From: a virus | Lineage: Duplodnaviria > Caudoviricetes | DNA length: 64,000 bases | Virus record (IMG/VR): IMGVR_UViG_3300042268_000478 | Span: 42,925-106,924 of that record | Direction: 5' to 3' (one strand) | Shown: piece after piece, positions 18,869 to 28,559 of the stretch | Layout of the letters: each line of letters opens with the position of its first letter | Numbering within the stretch: the first letter of the stretch is position 1 | Translations under genes and position numbers: made by a program | The notes under the pieces: model-generated | What the model was told of the DNA's origin: nothing | Seen by the model: the letters and a program-made list of their open reading frames with translations, nothing else | The model's database searches: none

Positions 18869-19309
18869 ATGTTTTACTACTTCGCCTACGGCTCAAATCA
18901 AGACCCGAAAAGGGCGGCACGCCGGATGCCCGGCGCGATCGCCCTTGGCGTGGCGACTCTCCACAATTACCGCTTAGCCGAACGGCTCTATGCCGATGTT
19001 GATTTCGGTGAGGGAGCCAGCGTCCAAGGCGTTTTATATCTGATTAACTCGGCGCAATTATTCAATCTCGACATCTGCGAGGGCTACCCACTGGTTTACA
19101 AACGGCAATGGCTGGAGGTGGAGTTTCGTGGCGAAAAGCTACTGGCAATCACCTACGAAATGACCGCCGTCACCAAAGCCCAACGCGAGGGTAAGCCATA
19201 CCCAGAAAAATATCGAAAAATCTGTCACGCCGGAGCGCGGCACTACAAAATCAAAAGCCAATTTACCAAGAAAAGGAGTAAGAAACCATGTCCGAAAACA
19301 AAATCATAG
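18869..19309 (+). CDS. Gamma-glutamylcyclotransferase (AIG2/GGCT-like)
   Basis: YFAYGSN…LDICEGYP..Y. Confidence 0.88.
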   Translation: MFYYFAYGSNQDPKRAARRMPGAIALGVATLHNYRLAERLYADVDFGEGASVQGVLYLINSAQLFNLDICEGYPLVYKRQWLEVEFRGEKLLAITYEMTAVTKAQREGKPYPEKYRKICHAGARHYKIKSQFTKKRSKKPCPKTKS

Positions 19310-19653
19310 CCGTGTACGGAACTTTAAGAACTGATTGCAAAAATCACCACTTCGCCGCCGGAGCAATCAGTAACCAGCCATGCACAATCACCGGAACGCT
19401 CTACGATACCGGCTACGGCTTTCCGGCATTTGAACTGGAAGGCAACACCGAAATTGTCGCTGAACTCATCGAAGTAACCGCTCAAGATTTCGCCAATATA
19501 GAAAAACTGGAAGGTTACCCGAACCTTTACCGCCACCAACAGATCCCGGCAACGCTCCCCGACGGCTCAAATGTTCAAGCATGGGTTTACATCATGAACC
19601 GTTTACCCGAACATGCCACCGTAATCAAATCCGGCGACTGGAAAAAGAGATAA
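19288..19653 (+). CDS. Gamma-glutamylcyclotransferase (GGACT-like)
   Basis: AVYGTLR…LEGYPNLY…AWVY. Confidence 0.88.
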   Translation: MSENKIIAVYGTLRTDCKNHHFAAGAISNQPCTITGTLYDTGYGFPAFELEGNTEIVAELIEVTAQDFANIEKLEGYPNLYRHQQIPATLPDGSNVQAWVYIMNRLPEHATVIKSGDWKKR

Positions 19654-20416
19654 CCGCAACCACAGCCCTACAGAAATAACGCCACACACCGCCAACGTTC
19701 GCCTCAACGTGCGATTATATCCACGGCTCGGCATCGGCCTATAGCCGACCAAAATAATAACGCGACAAATCGCCACAGCTCTGCGAATCTCGGCAAGGTC
19801 AACAATCTCCCAATAACTTTGTAATAAAGTGGTTGCTATAATCTAAACCCACGCCATTGTACGCACATCGAGACCCGCCAGCAGCCCGCAACACCGACAG
19901 CGGAGCAACCCCGTGCCGGCCGGGGGATATAAATTGTCGGCCCTTTCTATTGTTGAACTTTCTCCTCGACCACTGGTCGGCGGTTCGTTGTGTTAATTTA
20001 AGAAAGCAGTTTTATTATATACGAACTGCAACATCCCTTGGATTTGAGGCTGATTTTGATAAATAGAGAAAATTCGATGCTTTAAAAATATCGAGTAAAG
20101 ATCGGATTTATTTATCGACCTTTGCTTTTTCAAAGAGATTTATTGAAATTTTAGTCTGTTTCGCACATGTTCTTTCTTAAGTACTTATTCTCTAAGTAGT
20201 TAGCTGTAAATGTAAAAGTAAAGGACGGCGACCTTTACTCAACGGAGAATTTGCGGGGATTTGGCTTGCGGATGGCAGATGAACACGGATTTGGAGATTC
20301 TCTGCTGGCTTGATTGCGAGAGAATGAAACTTCGCTAAGTCTTTACTGTCAGGCAGATATGTGACTTGTTTGCCTGTGTCGATTCCAATGGACTGGACGG
20401 CAGAGAATGAAAAAAA

Positions 20417-20463
20417 TGGTCGGGATGAGAAGATTCGAACTTCCGACCTTTTGACCCCCAGTC
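20417..20463 (-). pseudogene. 3' fragment of tRNA-Pro(GGG): att-site core of prophage B
   Basis: Reverse complement GACTGGGGGTCAAAAGGTCGGAAGTTCGAATCTTCTCATCCCGACCA covers anticodon arm to CCA; 5' half is absent; lies 132 bp from the integrase. Confidence 0.9.
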
Positions 20464-20484
20464 TATAGCATCAAGCAAAGAATA

Positions 20485-20510
20485 CTGAAAATGTTCTGAA
20501 AATGTTCTGA
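20485..20510 (+). repeat. Tandem 11-bp repeat CTGAAAATGTT (2.4 copies), candidate Xis/Int-arm site
   Basis: Seen directly between the att core and the integrase gene. Confidence 0.5.
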
Positions 20511-20595
20511 TTATACCCTAATGAAGCGCTTGTAATGGCGAGACTGAGCGTATATATTCCAGACAGTATAGCAAACAAAAATAACCAGTAAATCT

Positions 20596-21939
20596 ATGTC
20601 TGTTTTTAAAAGAAAAACCACAAAGGGCGAAACCAAAGAATACCACTACAAGTTTATATGTGGTGGAAAAACATTTTACGGCGTATGCAAGGAATGCTAT
20701 GACATCAAAGCAGCCCGTGAGTTTGAAGCCAATCAAAAAAACCTCGTTAAAGAATTGGCATCACAGAAAAGCGTTAAAGCTCTTGTTGAAAACTTCCGTA
20801 ATGAACTGTCTGGCGGCGTTAAAATTCCTTTAACGAAAGCATTTGATTTATCTCTAAAAAAGCCAAGGCGCTTTAACGCGTCAGAAAAGCACATTGATGT
20901 AAAACGTTCTCAATTCGATGATTTTGTACAGTATATGAAGGCTAAGCATAAAGATGTTATAAATATATCGGACGTGCAGAAAATGCACTCAGAGGGCTAT
21001 ATACATTATTTACGGACAAACGGAAAATTCAATAAAAAAGTATCATTCAAGAATAGAATGAAGGGAGGCAAAAAGAGCTCATATCAGCGCACAGAAAAAA
21101 GCTTGTCTCCAAGAACAATTAACGCTTACCATAAAACTATCACTGAAGTTTTTAATTTACTTTTTGAGGATGCTGGATTACATGAAAACTATTTTTCAAA
21201 AATCCATTTGCTACAAGAAAACAGTGAAACCAGAGAAGCCTTTTCTGAGGAAGAATTGGAACTCATTATAAAAGAAGCCAACCCGTTCATAAAAGCGATC
21301 TTCACCATAGGCTTTTTTACCGCTTTTCGTGAGGGAGATATATCAACTCTTCGCTGGCAAGAAGTAAACTTTAAAACTCACATCATACGGCGCAAGCTTA
21401 TTAAAACAGGAAAGATTGTTGAAGTTCCAATTATGCCACCATTGATGGAATTTCTCAAGAATCAATACAAGGTAACAGGTGAAGATGAGTATGTCCTACC
21501 GGAACATGCAGAAATGTACAAAAAGAACCCTTCTGGCATAAGCTACCGAGTGAAAAAATTTCTGGAAAGCCTTGGAATCCAAACGACAAAAAAAGTTGCT
21601 GGTAGAGACCGTGCTATCTCTGTCAAAGATGTCCATAGCCTACGGCATACTTTTTGCTACTTTGCCGGAATCGCCGGAATTCCTCTGGTCGTGGTTCAAT
21701 CTATCGTAGGTCATATGACCCCAGAAATGACAGCTCATTATACTGCACATGCTGACCGCAAAGCTAAACATGAAAAAATGTTACTGCTTCCCAATCTATT
21801 AAAGAGCCTACCAGAGCCAGAACCCGCAAATCCTGAAATTGATTCAAACGTTGAAGCAAAAAGAAAGCGTCTGCTTGAGCACTTAGCCCTTGCAGACGCA
21901 GGAGAGATAAATAAATTTCACGCTCTATTAGAAGCGTAA
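20596..21939 (+). CDS. int: Tyrosine integrase
   Basis: Catalytic R (FREGDI), K, HSLRH, GH, Y (TAHY) intact; adjacent to att. Confidence 0.95.
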   Translation: MSVFKRKTTKGETKEYHYKFICGGKTFYGVCKECYDIKAAREFEANQKNLVKELASQKSVKALVENFRNELSGGVKIPLTKAFDLSLKKPRRFNASEKHIDVKRSQFDDFVQYMKAKHKDVINISDVQKMHSEGYIHYLRTNGKFNKKVSFKNRMKGGKKSSYQRTEKSLSPRTINAYHKTITEVFNLLFEDAGLHENYFSKIHLLQENSETREAFSEEELELIIKEANPFIKAIFTIGFFTAFREGDISTLRWQEVNFKTHIIRRKLIKTGKIVEVPIMPPLMEFLKNQYKVTGEDEYVLPEHAEMYKKNPSGISYRVKKFLESLGIQTTKKVAGRDRAISVKDVHSLRHTFCYFAGIAGIPLVVVQSIVGHMTPEMTAHYTAHADRKAKHEKMLLLPNLLKSLPEPEPANPEIDSNVEAKRKRLLEHLALADAGEINKFHALLEA

Positions 21940-22638
21940 ATTAACTTCATAAGAAACTACAGGATATATCCAAAGCAAAGTCTGCCTTGCCTGAGTCTTC
22001 TTGAATTCTAGTTTTGCTTTTAAGTTTTGACTATTTGGTATTGTGTTTAGGACAATAGACTTGCCCTTATCGTTATATATTGCAAAAATTACCTGTTCAT
22101 CAACGGTTTTGAGAAAAACCATATCGCCATCCTGAGGATAATCTTTGCCTGCAATGAATACTGTAGCATTTTCAGGAAGAGAAGGCAGCCAATCCTTAGT
22201 ATCCATTTTGATTGCAAGCATGCCGCCAGGAATAGCTTTCTTGGCATGAAACTCTACTTTCTCGTTTGACATATTCTTTGCAAATTTGTCAAATGCATCT
22301 AGCATCCCAGGATATTGAGAGGCTGTCTCAAGATTTATTACTGGCAACATCGCCGGAATATATTTAGGGTCTAAATATTTTTCAGGGATATCATCTAAAG
22401 TGCTAGCATACTGCTCCTTGCCTGCATCATCAACATAAATACTATCAGCAGGAAGATATTTTTTAATGTATGAAAATAGTATCTGCCACTTAGGTTCTGT
22501 GATTCCATTACCCTTTTTTCGCCATTTGATAAGTGCGGCCTCGGAAATACCGAGCTTAGCGGCAAAATCTTTTGCAGGTTTTCCACTGTCCGAAATGTAC
22601 TTATTTATTGCGCTGGCAATATTGCTGTCTACTTTCAT
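21928..22638 (-). CDS. CI-like repressor (XRE HTH + degenerate S24-like domain)
   Basis: AKDFAAKLGISEAALIKWR HTH; divergent from early operon; start at 22638 preceded by AGGAG. Confidence 0.8.
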   Translation of the reverse strand: MKVDSNIASAINKYISDSGKPAKDFAAKLGISEAALIKWRKKGNGITEPKWQILFSYIKKYLPADSIYVDDAGKEQYASTLDDIPEKYLDPKYIPAMLPVINLETASQYPGMLDAFDKFAKNMSNEKVEFHAKKAIPGGMLAIKMDTKDWLPSLPENATVFIAGKDYPQDGDMVFLKTVDEQVIFAIYNDKGKSIVLNTIPNSQNLKAKLEFKKTQARQTLLWIYPVVSYEVNLRF

Positions 22639-22893
22639 AGTCTTGTGCTCCTGTGGTTTTCGCATAAAATAATTATGCGTCTTTTGCAGCCCATCAAAAA
22701 CTTCATTTACTACTCGTTATACTCCTCTGTGGTTTTTTAGGTAACTGTACTTGGTTAAAAAAAATAATTATATAACGTAATAATTATTTAATTATATATT
22801 GTAATAATAGAATATTGCATATTTCACCTCATTGCAAGTTTTTCCATTTAGCTGAGCTTAAAATATTTCACTATTTTTTTAATTTACTACTTT

Positions 22894-22909
22894 AATTTAC
22901 TAAATTAAC
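22894..22909 (+). promoter_or_regulatory. AATTTACTAAATTAAC operator-like box in switch region
   Basis: Same 16-mer recurs at 27247 and 43169. Confidence 0.6.
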
Positions 22910-22959
22910 CATTATAATAAACTTTATAATCTTTAAAAACCACAACAAAAGGAAACCAC

Positions 22960-23286
22960 ATGCATAAAAAAAGAGAATATCCTGAAGGGCTAATGGTTAA
23001 GATCAAACATCAATTAATCATTGGCTTCCTCGAAAAACAACGACTGAAAGGTAAATCAAACACTGAGATTGTTGAACACGCCTTGGCGAGCTTTCTCGGC
23101 ATTTCTTTGCCGGACAAGAAATATGGAACAAGGGCAAGAAAAAGCGGAGCTGACTACACAAAAGGGCTTCCGGTAAAAATCAGCGAGAACAGCCTGATCA
23201 AAGAAATACTTTATAGAAGAACAGCCAAAGGCATCCCGCATTGTTTCACTGTTGAGAAAGCAATGCTCGCCTACATGGAGGGATGA
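22960..23286 (+). CDS. Cro-position regulator with two tandem ribbon-helix-helix-like repeats
   Basis: YPEGLMVKI…EIVEHALASFL / YTKGLPVKI…TVEKAMLAYM internal duplication. Confidence 0.55.
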   Translation: MHKKREYPEGLMVKIKHQLIIGFLEKQRLKGKSNTEIVEHALASFLGISLPDKKYGTRARKSGADYTKGLPVKISENSLIKEILYRRTAKGIPHCFTVEKAMLAYMEG

Positions 23287-23287
23287 A

Positions 23288-23587
23288 ATGAATAGTGTAG
23301 CAAAGATACCTGAAAGCATTGTGACTTCAGTCTCAGTACTACTCCATCCATATGGCATAGATTTCAAGGAGCTTTTGAATAAGGCAAAAGATAATTTCGG
23401 CAAAACAGAAACAAAATACATGACCCCTTCACAGGCAGCACAGTATTGCGGTTTTTCTCCAAAAACAATTAGAGACAAAGCTCTTGCTGGAGAAATAGAC
23501 TCTACGAGAATTGGGCATTCCGAAAAAAGCCGAGTTCTAATCTTAAAAAGCAGTTTGGACGCATGGCTTGAAAGTTTCAAGTCATAA
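23288..23587 (+). CDS. Excisionase-like HTH_17 protein
   Basis: YMTPSQAAQYCGFSPKTIRD…RIG…ILKSSLDAWL. Confidence 0.8.
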   Translation: MNSVAKIPESIVTSVSVLLHPYGIDFKELLNKAKDNFGKTETKYMTPSQAAQYCGFSPKTIRDKALAGEIDSTRIGHSEKSRVLILKSSLDAWLESFKS

Positions 23588-23623
23588 CATAAAAAACCAC
23601 AAAAGAAAGAAAAGGAGCTTATC

Positions 23624-24340
23624 ATGAGCAACCTCGTAATCGCAAACGAAACAATCACGGCACTGGACAATGCGGCAAAAGCTGGATTGATTGCCCAGAA
23701 AGAAGCAAGCCAGTTTAAGAAAATGGCTTTAGTTGCCGGAGCAATTCAGGAATTAAGGGCTTTGCTTACTCCTAAAGTCATGGCTCCCGTTATGGCTTTG
23801 CAAGGCACGGCTATTGGATTCAGAACCGACAAAGACGGCAAAGGAGGATATGACGTTGATACCGTAAAAGATTGCCTCATTGAAGCTACTCTTCAGGGCG
23901 TTTTTCCGGTAGGGAACGAATTCAATATCATCGCCAGCAGGTGCTATATCACCAAGGAAGGTTTCGGGCATAAACTTCGTGATATTCCTGGGCTTTCCTA
24001 CATGATTACTCCATCCGTGCCGGTAATGAGAAACGGTGGTGCTGTTGTAAAAATGCTTGTTGAATGGACTTACAACGGCAAGTCTAACTCCAGAGAGCTA
24101 GAGATTGCCGTCAGGGTGAATAACGGCATGGGAACCGATGCTATCATTGGAAAAGCTGAACGCAAAGCCCGTGCATGGCTGTACAAAGCAGTTACGGGAC
24201 AGGAAATCGGCGAAGGCGATGTCGAAGACTTGGACGCTATTGACGTTACGGTTACTGATGTTGAAGCAACCTCCCCATTTGAGGAAGAAGCAACAACTGA
24301 ACCGCCACCGGAAGAAGCGCAAGACGAACTCCCAATGTAA
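23624..24340 (+). CDS. Putative single-strand annealing/recombination protein
   Basis: Upstream of exonuclease; acidic C-terminal tail; family only tentative. Confidence 0.45.
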   Translation: MSNLVIANETITALDNAAKAGLIAQKEASQFKKMALVAGAIQELRALLTPKVMAPVMALQGTAIGFRTDKDGKGGYDVDTVKDCLIEATLQGVFPVGNEFNIIASRCYITKEGFGHKLRDIPGLSYMITPSVPVMRNGGAVVKMLVEWTYNGKSNSRELEIAVRVNNGMGTDAIIGKAERKARAWLYKAVTGQEIGEGDVEDLDAIDVTVTDVEATSPFEEEATTEPPPEEAQDELPM

Positions 24341-24346
24341 ATACAC

Positions 24347-24368
24347 AGGCGGCTGAAATATGCCGCCT
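24347..24368 (+). repeat. Hairpin GGCGGC-TGAAATAT-GCCGCC, copy 1
   Basis: Identical 20-mer inside 51191-51214. Confidence 0.75.
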
Positions 24369-24407
24369 TTAAACTTAAAAAAAACCACAGCGAGGATATA
24401 CCACAAA

Positions 24408-25481
24408 ATGAGCAGCCAACAACATCACGAACATAGCCCAAGTAAATTAGAACAAATGCGGCTTTGTCCAGCAAGCAACCCAATGCAAAAGGGCATTCCA
24501 GATGCGCACGGAGAAGAGTGGACAGAGGAAGGGGGGCTTCTTCACGCAAGGGTTGTAACAAGAGATACAACAGACCTGAATGATGAACAGATAGAAACTC
24601 TAAATAAGTGCTGGAGATTCTTTAAAGGCATCTTTGAAAAAGGAGATACCGTTTTCTACGAAGAAAAAGTACAAATACATGACCACGAAGGCAACCTGCT
24701 TACCGAGGGTACAGCGGATGTAATCATCTTGAAACTTGATGGGTCTATGAAAATAATAGACTGGAAATTCGGTTGGATTCCTGTTGATAATGCAAATAAA
24801 AATATTCAGCTTGCCAGCTATGCGGTTGGAGCTATGCAAAAATACAAAAAGAAAGAATGCGAAGTACATGTTTTTCAGCCTCGCATCAGGCACCAGACAA
24901 AATTCACGTTCACAAACGAAAATGCAATAATTAAAAACATTAAAAAGATTATTACCCGTTCCACAATGGACACGTTGGTCTTCATGGCTAGCGAAAAAGC
25001 CTGTAGATATTGCAAGGCACGTTTGAACTGTCCGGCATTCCGTATCAAATTTCAAAAACTAGCTGCGTCACGCAACATTTATGATCTCTCTAACCCAGAT
25101 ATCGTCTCCAAGCTTTACGAAGTCTCAAAGGACATCAAAGTCTTCATACGGGAAATTGAAGACATCCTCAAAAAGATCATTGCACGGGACGGTGTTTGCG
25201 GTAAATGGAAAATCCAGAAAAAAGATGGCAGCAGACAGATCAAAAAACTTAACGACCTTTATGACCGCCTGGGCGTTTGGCTCACGCCAAAAGAATTTAA
25301 CTCCGTATGCAGCGTTACTCTCGGTAAACTGGAAAAACTGTGCGTAGAAAAGATTGTAGCAGAGGCTAAATCCAGAGGAGAGGAAATGTCAAAAGAAGAA
25401 GCAAGACGGCAATTGTACGTAGTCATAGGAGATTTAATCATACGGGGAAACCCGACTAAAAATATTGTAGAGGTGGCATGA
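24408..25481 (+). CDS. DUF2800-like PD-(D/E)xK (Cas4-like) exonuclease
   Basis: HSPS…CPAS, GTAD…IIDWKFG, QLASYA, FQPR, CRYC…CPA; ATG at 24408 follows GAGGA. Confidence 0.8.
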   Translation: MSSQQHHEHSPSKLEQMRLCPASNPMQKGIPDAHGEEWTEEGGLLHARVVTRDTTDLNDEQIETLNKCWRFFKGIFEKGDTVFYEEKVQIHDHEGNLLTEGTADVIILKLDGSMKIIDWKFGWIPVDNANKNIQLASYAVGAMQKYKKKECEVHVFQPRIRHQTKFTFTNENAIIKNIKKIITRSTMDTLVFMASEKACRYCKARLNCPAFRIKFQKLAASRNIYDLSNPDIVSKLYEVSKDIKVFIREIEDILKKIIARDGVCGKWKIQKKDGSRQIKKLNDLYDRLGVWLTPKEFNSVCSVTLGKLEKLCVEKIVAEAKSRGEEMSKEEARRQLYVVIGDLIIRGNPTKNIVEVA

Positions 25482-26287
25482 TGCCTAATAGAATTATCAG
25501 AGAAGGGATTTTGGACAGCGATGAAGTGGACAAACTGGATGTTCACGCAGAACTTTTTTACCGCAGATTGATGTCTGTAGTCGATGACTACGGAAGGTTT
25601 GACGCAAGACCGGCAATTCTCAGAGCCAGATGCTATCCGCTCCGGCTCGACAAAGTGACAGAAGAGGACATAAAAAATTATCTCAAAGCTTGCCATAAAC
25701 TGATTACTATTTACACGGCAAAAGGGAAACCATATCTCCAGATTAATAACTGGAAACAGCAGGTTCGAGCAAAATACAGCAAATATCCAGCACCCGAAGA
25801 ACAAACGTCTACCCCATGCGAAGCATATGATATACAACCGCAAACAGATGAACAGCATATGGACACTATAGACGAAGACGAAGTCGGAGTCGATATTAGA
25901 CCTAACGGTCTTGTTGACGTAACGCCAACAGAGCCCCCTGCTCCGAAAGCAAAACCTGTCAATTTTAAGGAAATTGTCGACAGGTGGAATACCTTTGCCA
26001 AGGAAAATGGCTTGTCGCAAGTGGAAATAATCACAGACAAGCGCAAGAACAAGATTAAAACACGACTTGCGGAGAACATAAATTTTCCAGCAATCGAACA
26101 GAAAATAAAGGACAGCCCGTTTCTCAGGGGTGATAACAATAAGCAGTGGAAGATAACTTTTGATTGGCTGATTGAAAATGATTCCAACTGGGTCAAGGTC
26201 GCAGAAGGGCAGTACGACAAAAAGAAACCAGGCGGTTCAAGGCAAAATAAGCAAATCCAGAAGCAAGACTACCAAGAGGCATTCTGA
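25478..26287 (+). CDS. Phage replication initiator
   Basis: MPNRIIREGI…LFYRRLMSVVDDYGRF; C-terminal WKITFDWLI…KVAEGQY. Confidence 0.8.
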   Translation: MMPNRIIREGILDSDEVDKLDVHAELFYRRLMSVVDDYGRFDARPAILRARCYPLRLDKVTEEDIKNYLKACHKLITIYTAKGKPYLQINNWKQQVRAKYSKYPAPEEQTSTPCEAYDIQPQTDEQHMDTIDEDEVGVDIRPNGLVDVTPTEPPAPKAKPVNFKEIVDRWNTFAKENGLSQVEIITDKRKNKIKTRLAENINFPAIEQKIKDSPFLRGDNNKQWKITFDWLIENDSNWVKVAEGQYDKKKPGGSRQNKQIQKQDYQEAF

Positions 26288-26949
26288 TGATAATAAACCT
26301 TGAAAAAATACGTCCCAAAACACGACGTGAACCGTCTGCCCAAGCTCTGGATAAACTAAAAAAGCACTATGCTGGAGTTATGCAGAAATACGGTTACGAT
26401 ACCCGTTCATCCAAGGCATTTGATAAGCTTGCTGAATATTTTGCCAGATACTACGCAGGAACAAAATACCTGCATGAAGGAGCAGAGGACAGTGCGCAAA
26501 GTAATGAAATATTCGACTTGCCGGAAAGAGGCTTGCTGCTTTTTGGTCCATGTGGCACCGGCAAAACTTACGCAATGCAAATTTTTTCCGGCTTGTTTTC
26601 CATAGAGATTATCTATGCTGATGAACTGGCTCAAGCGTACGGAATTGGAGGCGAAAAGCAATTCTGGGATTATGTTGCGCTTTTTGATAATAAGCCTCTT
26701 ATCGTTGATGATATTGCGAGTGAGCGTGAAATTAAGAGCTACGGCAACGAAAGCATAATGATAGACTTCATTTATCGCAGGGAGCGCCGGTTTAAATACG
26801 CCGGAGTATTAACTTTTTTCACCAGCAATGTCATAAACCGCAAGGGACTAGTAGAGCGTTATGGAGACAGGGCTGTAAGTCGGATGCTCGGCATGACTGA
26901 TCAAATTCTACTGACCGGTACTGATGGTCGTTTGATTCGTAAAAGTTGA
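26287..26949 (+). CDS. DnaC/IstB-like helicase loader ATPase
   Basis: GPCGTGKT, LIVDD, TSN, YGDRAVSRM. Confidence 0.85.
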   Translation: MIINLEKIRPKTRREPSAQALDKLKKHYAGVMQKYGYDTRSSKAFDKLAEYFARYYAGTKYLHEGAEDSAQSNEIFDLPERGLLLFGPCGTGKTYAMQIFSGLFSIEIIYADELAQAYGIGGEKQFWDYVALFDNKPLIVDDIASEREIKSYGNESIMIDFIYRRERRFKYAGVLTFFTSNVINRKGLVERYGDRAVSRMLGMTDQILLTGTDGRLIRKS

Positions 26950-27051
26950 ATAAAAGGCAAATAAATTTTATCTTAAATATTTTGTGTTTGCTCGGAGTAA
27001 TAAAAGTTCAGGGCACAATTTAGTAACTTATTTCCAAAGGAGAAGGACAAG

Positions 27052-27201
27052 ATGAAGTCCCAAACAGCGACTAACGAAGGTAAGAGACAAGAAGTAATTG
27101 CAGTTCCATGCTCGAAGATAGGAGTTCAAGCCTATCATGGTGAAGTAAAAAATCCTGAAAAGCTTCGTTTTAAGCCCCTCAAGGAAATTAGCAACAAGTA
27201 G
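27052..27201 (+). CDS. Small hypothetical protein (49 aa, MKSQTATNEG…)
   Basis: Strong AAGGAGAAGGA SD; below the ORF-track size cutoff. Confidence 0.5.
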   Translation: MKSQTATNEGKRQEVIAVPCSKIGVQAYHGEVKNPEKLRFKPLKEISNK

Positions 27202-27242
27202 TAAATTTCACCTCACAGGCCAAAAAAAAGGATATTTTTATA

Positions 27243-27290
27243 AAATAATTTACTAAATTAACTTGCTTTTAGTAAATAAAGTTATAGTTT
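27243..27290 (+). promoter_or_regulatory. Early promoter with operator box
   Basis: AAATAATTTACTAAATTAACTTG (identical to 43165-43187), TTGCTT-16-TAGTTT, TTTACTA…TAGTAAA inverted repeat. Confidence 0.6.
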
Positions 27291-27350
27291 AATATTACAG
27301 TTCACAAAAAACCACAAACCCCGTAAGGGAAAAAACCACAGGAGAGTAAC

Positions 27351-28538
27351 ATGAGTACGGAAGTACAGCCCATCGAAGAAGTGAAAGTAACTGAACTGAG
27401 AAAAGCAGCACGTCACTTCGCACCGGAAACCAGAGGCGTTGGTGGACTTGCCCACGCTGGAACCCGTGAACAATTAATTCAGCTTCTTCTTCAAGACAAG
27501 GGCGTAATGGCAAGCGAAATTCAAGAGTTTCTGGCTGGCGGTGATGTCCAAGCTCCCCAAGATACTCCAGAACCCTACTGGCACGGTTTTGATGCAGGGG
27601 CTGGAGCAGGTGAAGGAGAAGAGCCAGAACAACAGCCGGAGCAAAAGCAGGAACAGCCACAAGAAAAAGAAGCTTCAAAAGGCGAAAATGATGAACTCGA
27701 AATTATCCGCAAAATCATCAATAAGGGCAAAGGCGTAGACGAAGAGGCTGTCAAAAAGATCGTAAGGGAAGAGCTGAAAAAGAAAGTAAAAGTTATCGAA
27801 GTCAAGCGCCAAGACCTCCCTCCGAAAGAAATCGGCATGTGCCATCATCTTACAGAGCAAATTGCAAAGGTCTGTAATCTAGGCATCAATCAGATGCTTG
27901 TTGGTCCAGCAGGTGGCGGTAAAACTACCACAGGCGAAAAGGTTGCAGAAATTCTCGATATTCCGTTCTATCCTATGAGTGTCGGCCCACAAACAACTAA
28001 AAGCGACTTGCTCGGCTTTATTGATGCTCACGGCAACTATCACGCTACACCGCTCCGCAATGCTTTCGAGAATGGCGGTTTACTTCTTCTCGATGAAATG
28101 GATGCGGCAAACGCTGGAGTTCTCACCATCATCAACGCCCTGCTTGCGAATGGCTACTGCTCATTCCCAGACGGCATTAAGAAACGCCATGATGATTTTC
28201 GTTGCATCTGCGCATGTAACACTTTCGGGAGAGGAGCTGACCGCCAGTATGTGGGACGTAACCAACTGGACGCGGCAACCCTTGACCGTTTCGCTGTAGT
28301 TGATTTTGATTATGATGAAGACCTTGAGCGCCAGCTTGCCGGACATGATGAATGGGTCAGCAAAATTCAGCGTTACCGCAAGCGTGTTTTTCAGACTAAG
28401 CAGCGGGTGGTAATTTCTCCACGTGCTAGCATTTACGGAGCTCAACTTCTAGCATCCGGCATGAAAGAAAAAGATGTCGAAGAGCTCGTTGTCTGGAAAG
28501 GCGTAAGCGCTGAAATCCGTAGCAAAATCCAAGGCTAG
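27351..28538 (+). CDS. MoxR/CobS-like AAA+ ATPase
   Basis: GPAGGGKT, LLLLDEMD, YVGRNQLDAATLDRF. Confidence 0.88.
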   Translation: MSTEVQPIEEVKVTELRKAARHFAPETRGVGGLAHAGTREQLIQLLLQDKGVMASEIQEFLAGGDVQAPQDTPEPYWHGFDAGAGAGEGEEPEQQPEQKQEQPQEKEASKGENDELEIIRKIINKGKGVDEEAVKKIVREELKKKVKVIEVKRQDLPPKEIGMCHHLTEQIAKVCNLGINQMLVGPAGGGKTTTGEKVAEILDIPFYPMSVGPQTTKSDLLGFIDAHGNYHATPLRNAFENGGLLLLDEMDAANAGVLTIINALLANGYCSFPDGIKKRHDDFRCICACNTFGRGADRQYVGRNQLDAATLDRFAVVDFDYDEDLERQLAGHDEWVSKIQRYRKRVFQTKQRVVISPRASIYGAQLLASGMKEKDVEELVVWKGVSAEIRSKIQG

Positions 28539-28559
28539 TAAGAGCTGAGAGGTGTAGTC

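Larger units (their letters stand above)
1..19653 (+). mobile_element. Prophage A (partial: tail module, putative lysis genes, amidoligase cassette)
   Basis: Co-oriented, tightly coupled tail tube/chaperone/tape measure/tail tip/fibre genes; visibly GC-richer than the sequence after 20.4 kb; left end outside window, right end approximate. Confidence 0.9.

Noticed and set aside
19857-20066. 69-aa ORF or structured ncRNA in the inter-prophage gap
   Set aside because: No SD or protein motifs; short hairpins are present but match no RNA family I can support
20417-20463. Functional tRNA-Pro gene
   Set aside because: D arm and 5' acceptor strand are missing; it is an att duplication
24408-25481. 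Cas4-like nuclease as a sign of CRISPR-Cas
   Set aside because: No array or other cas genes; sits in a phage recombination module (DUF2800-like)
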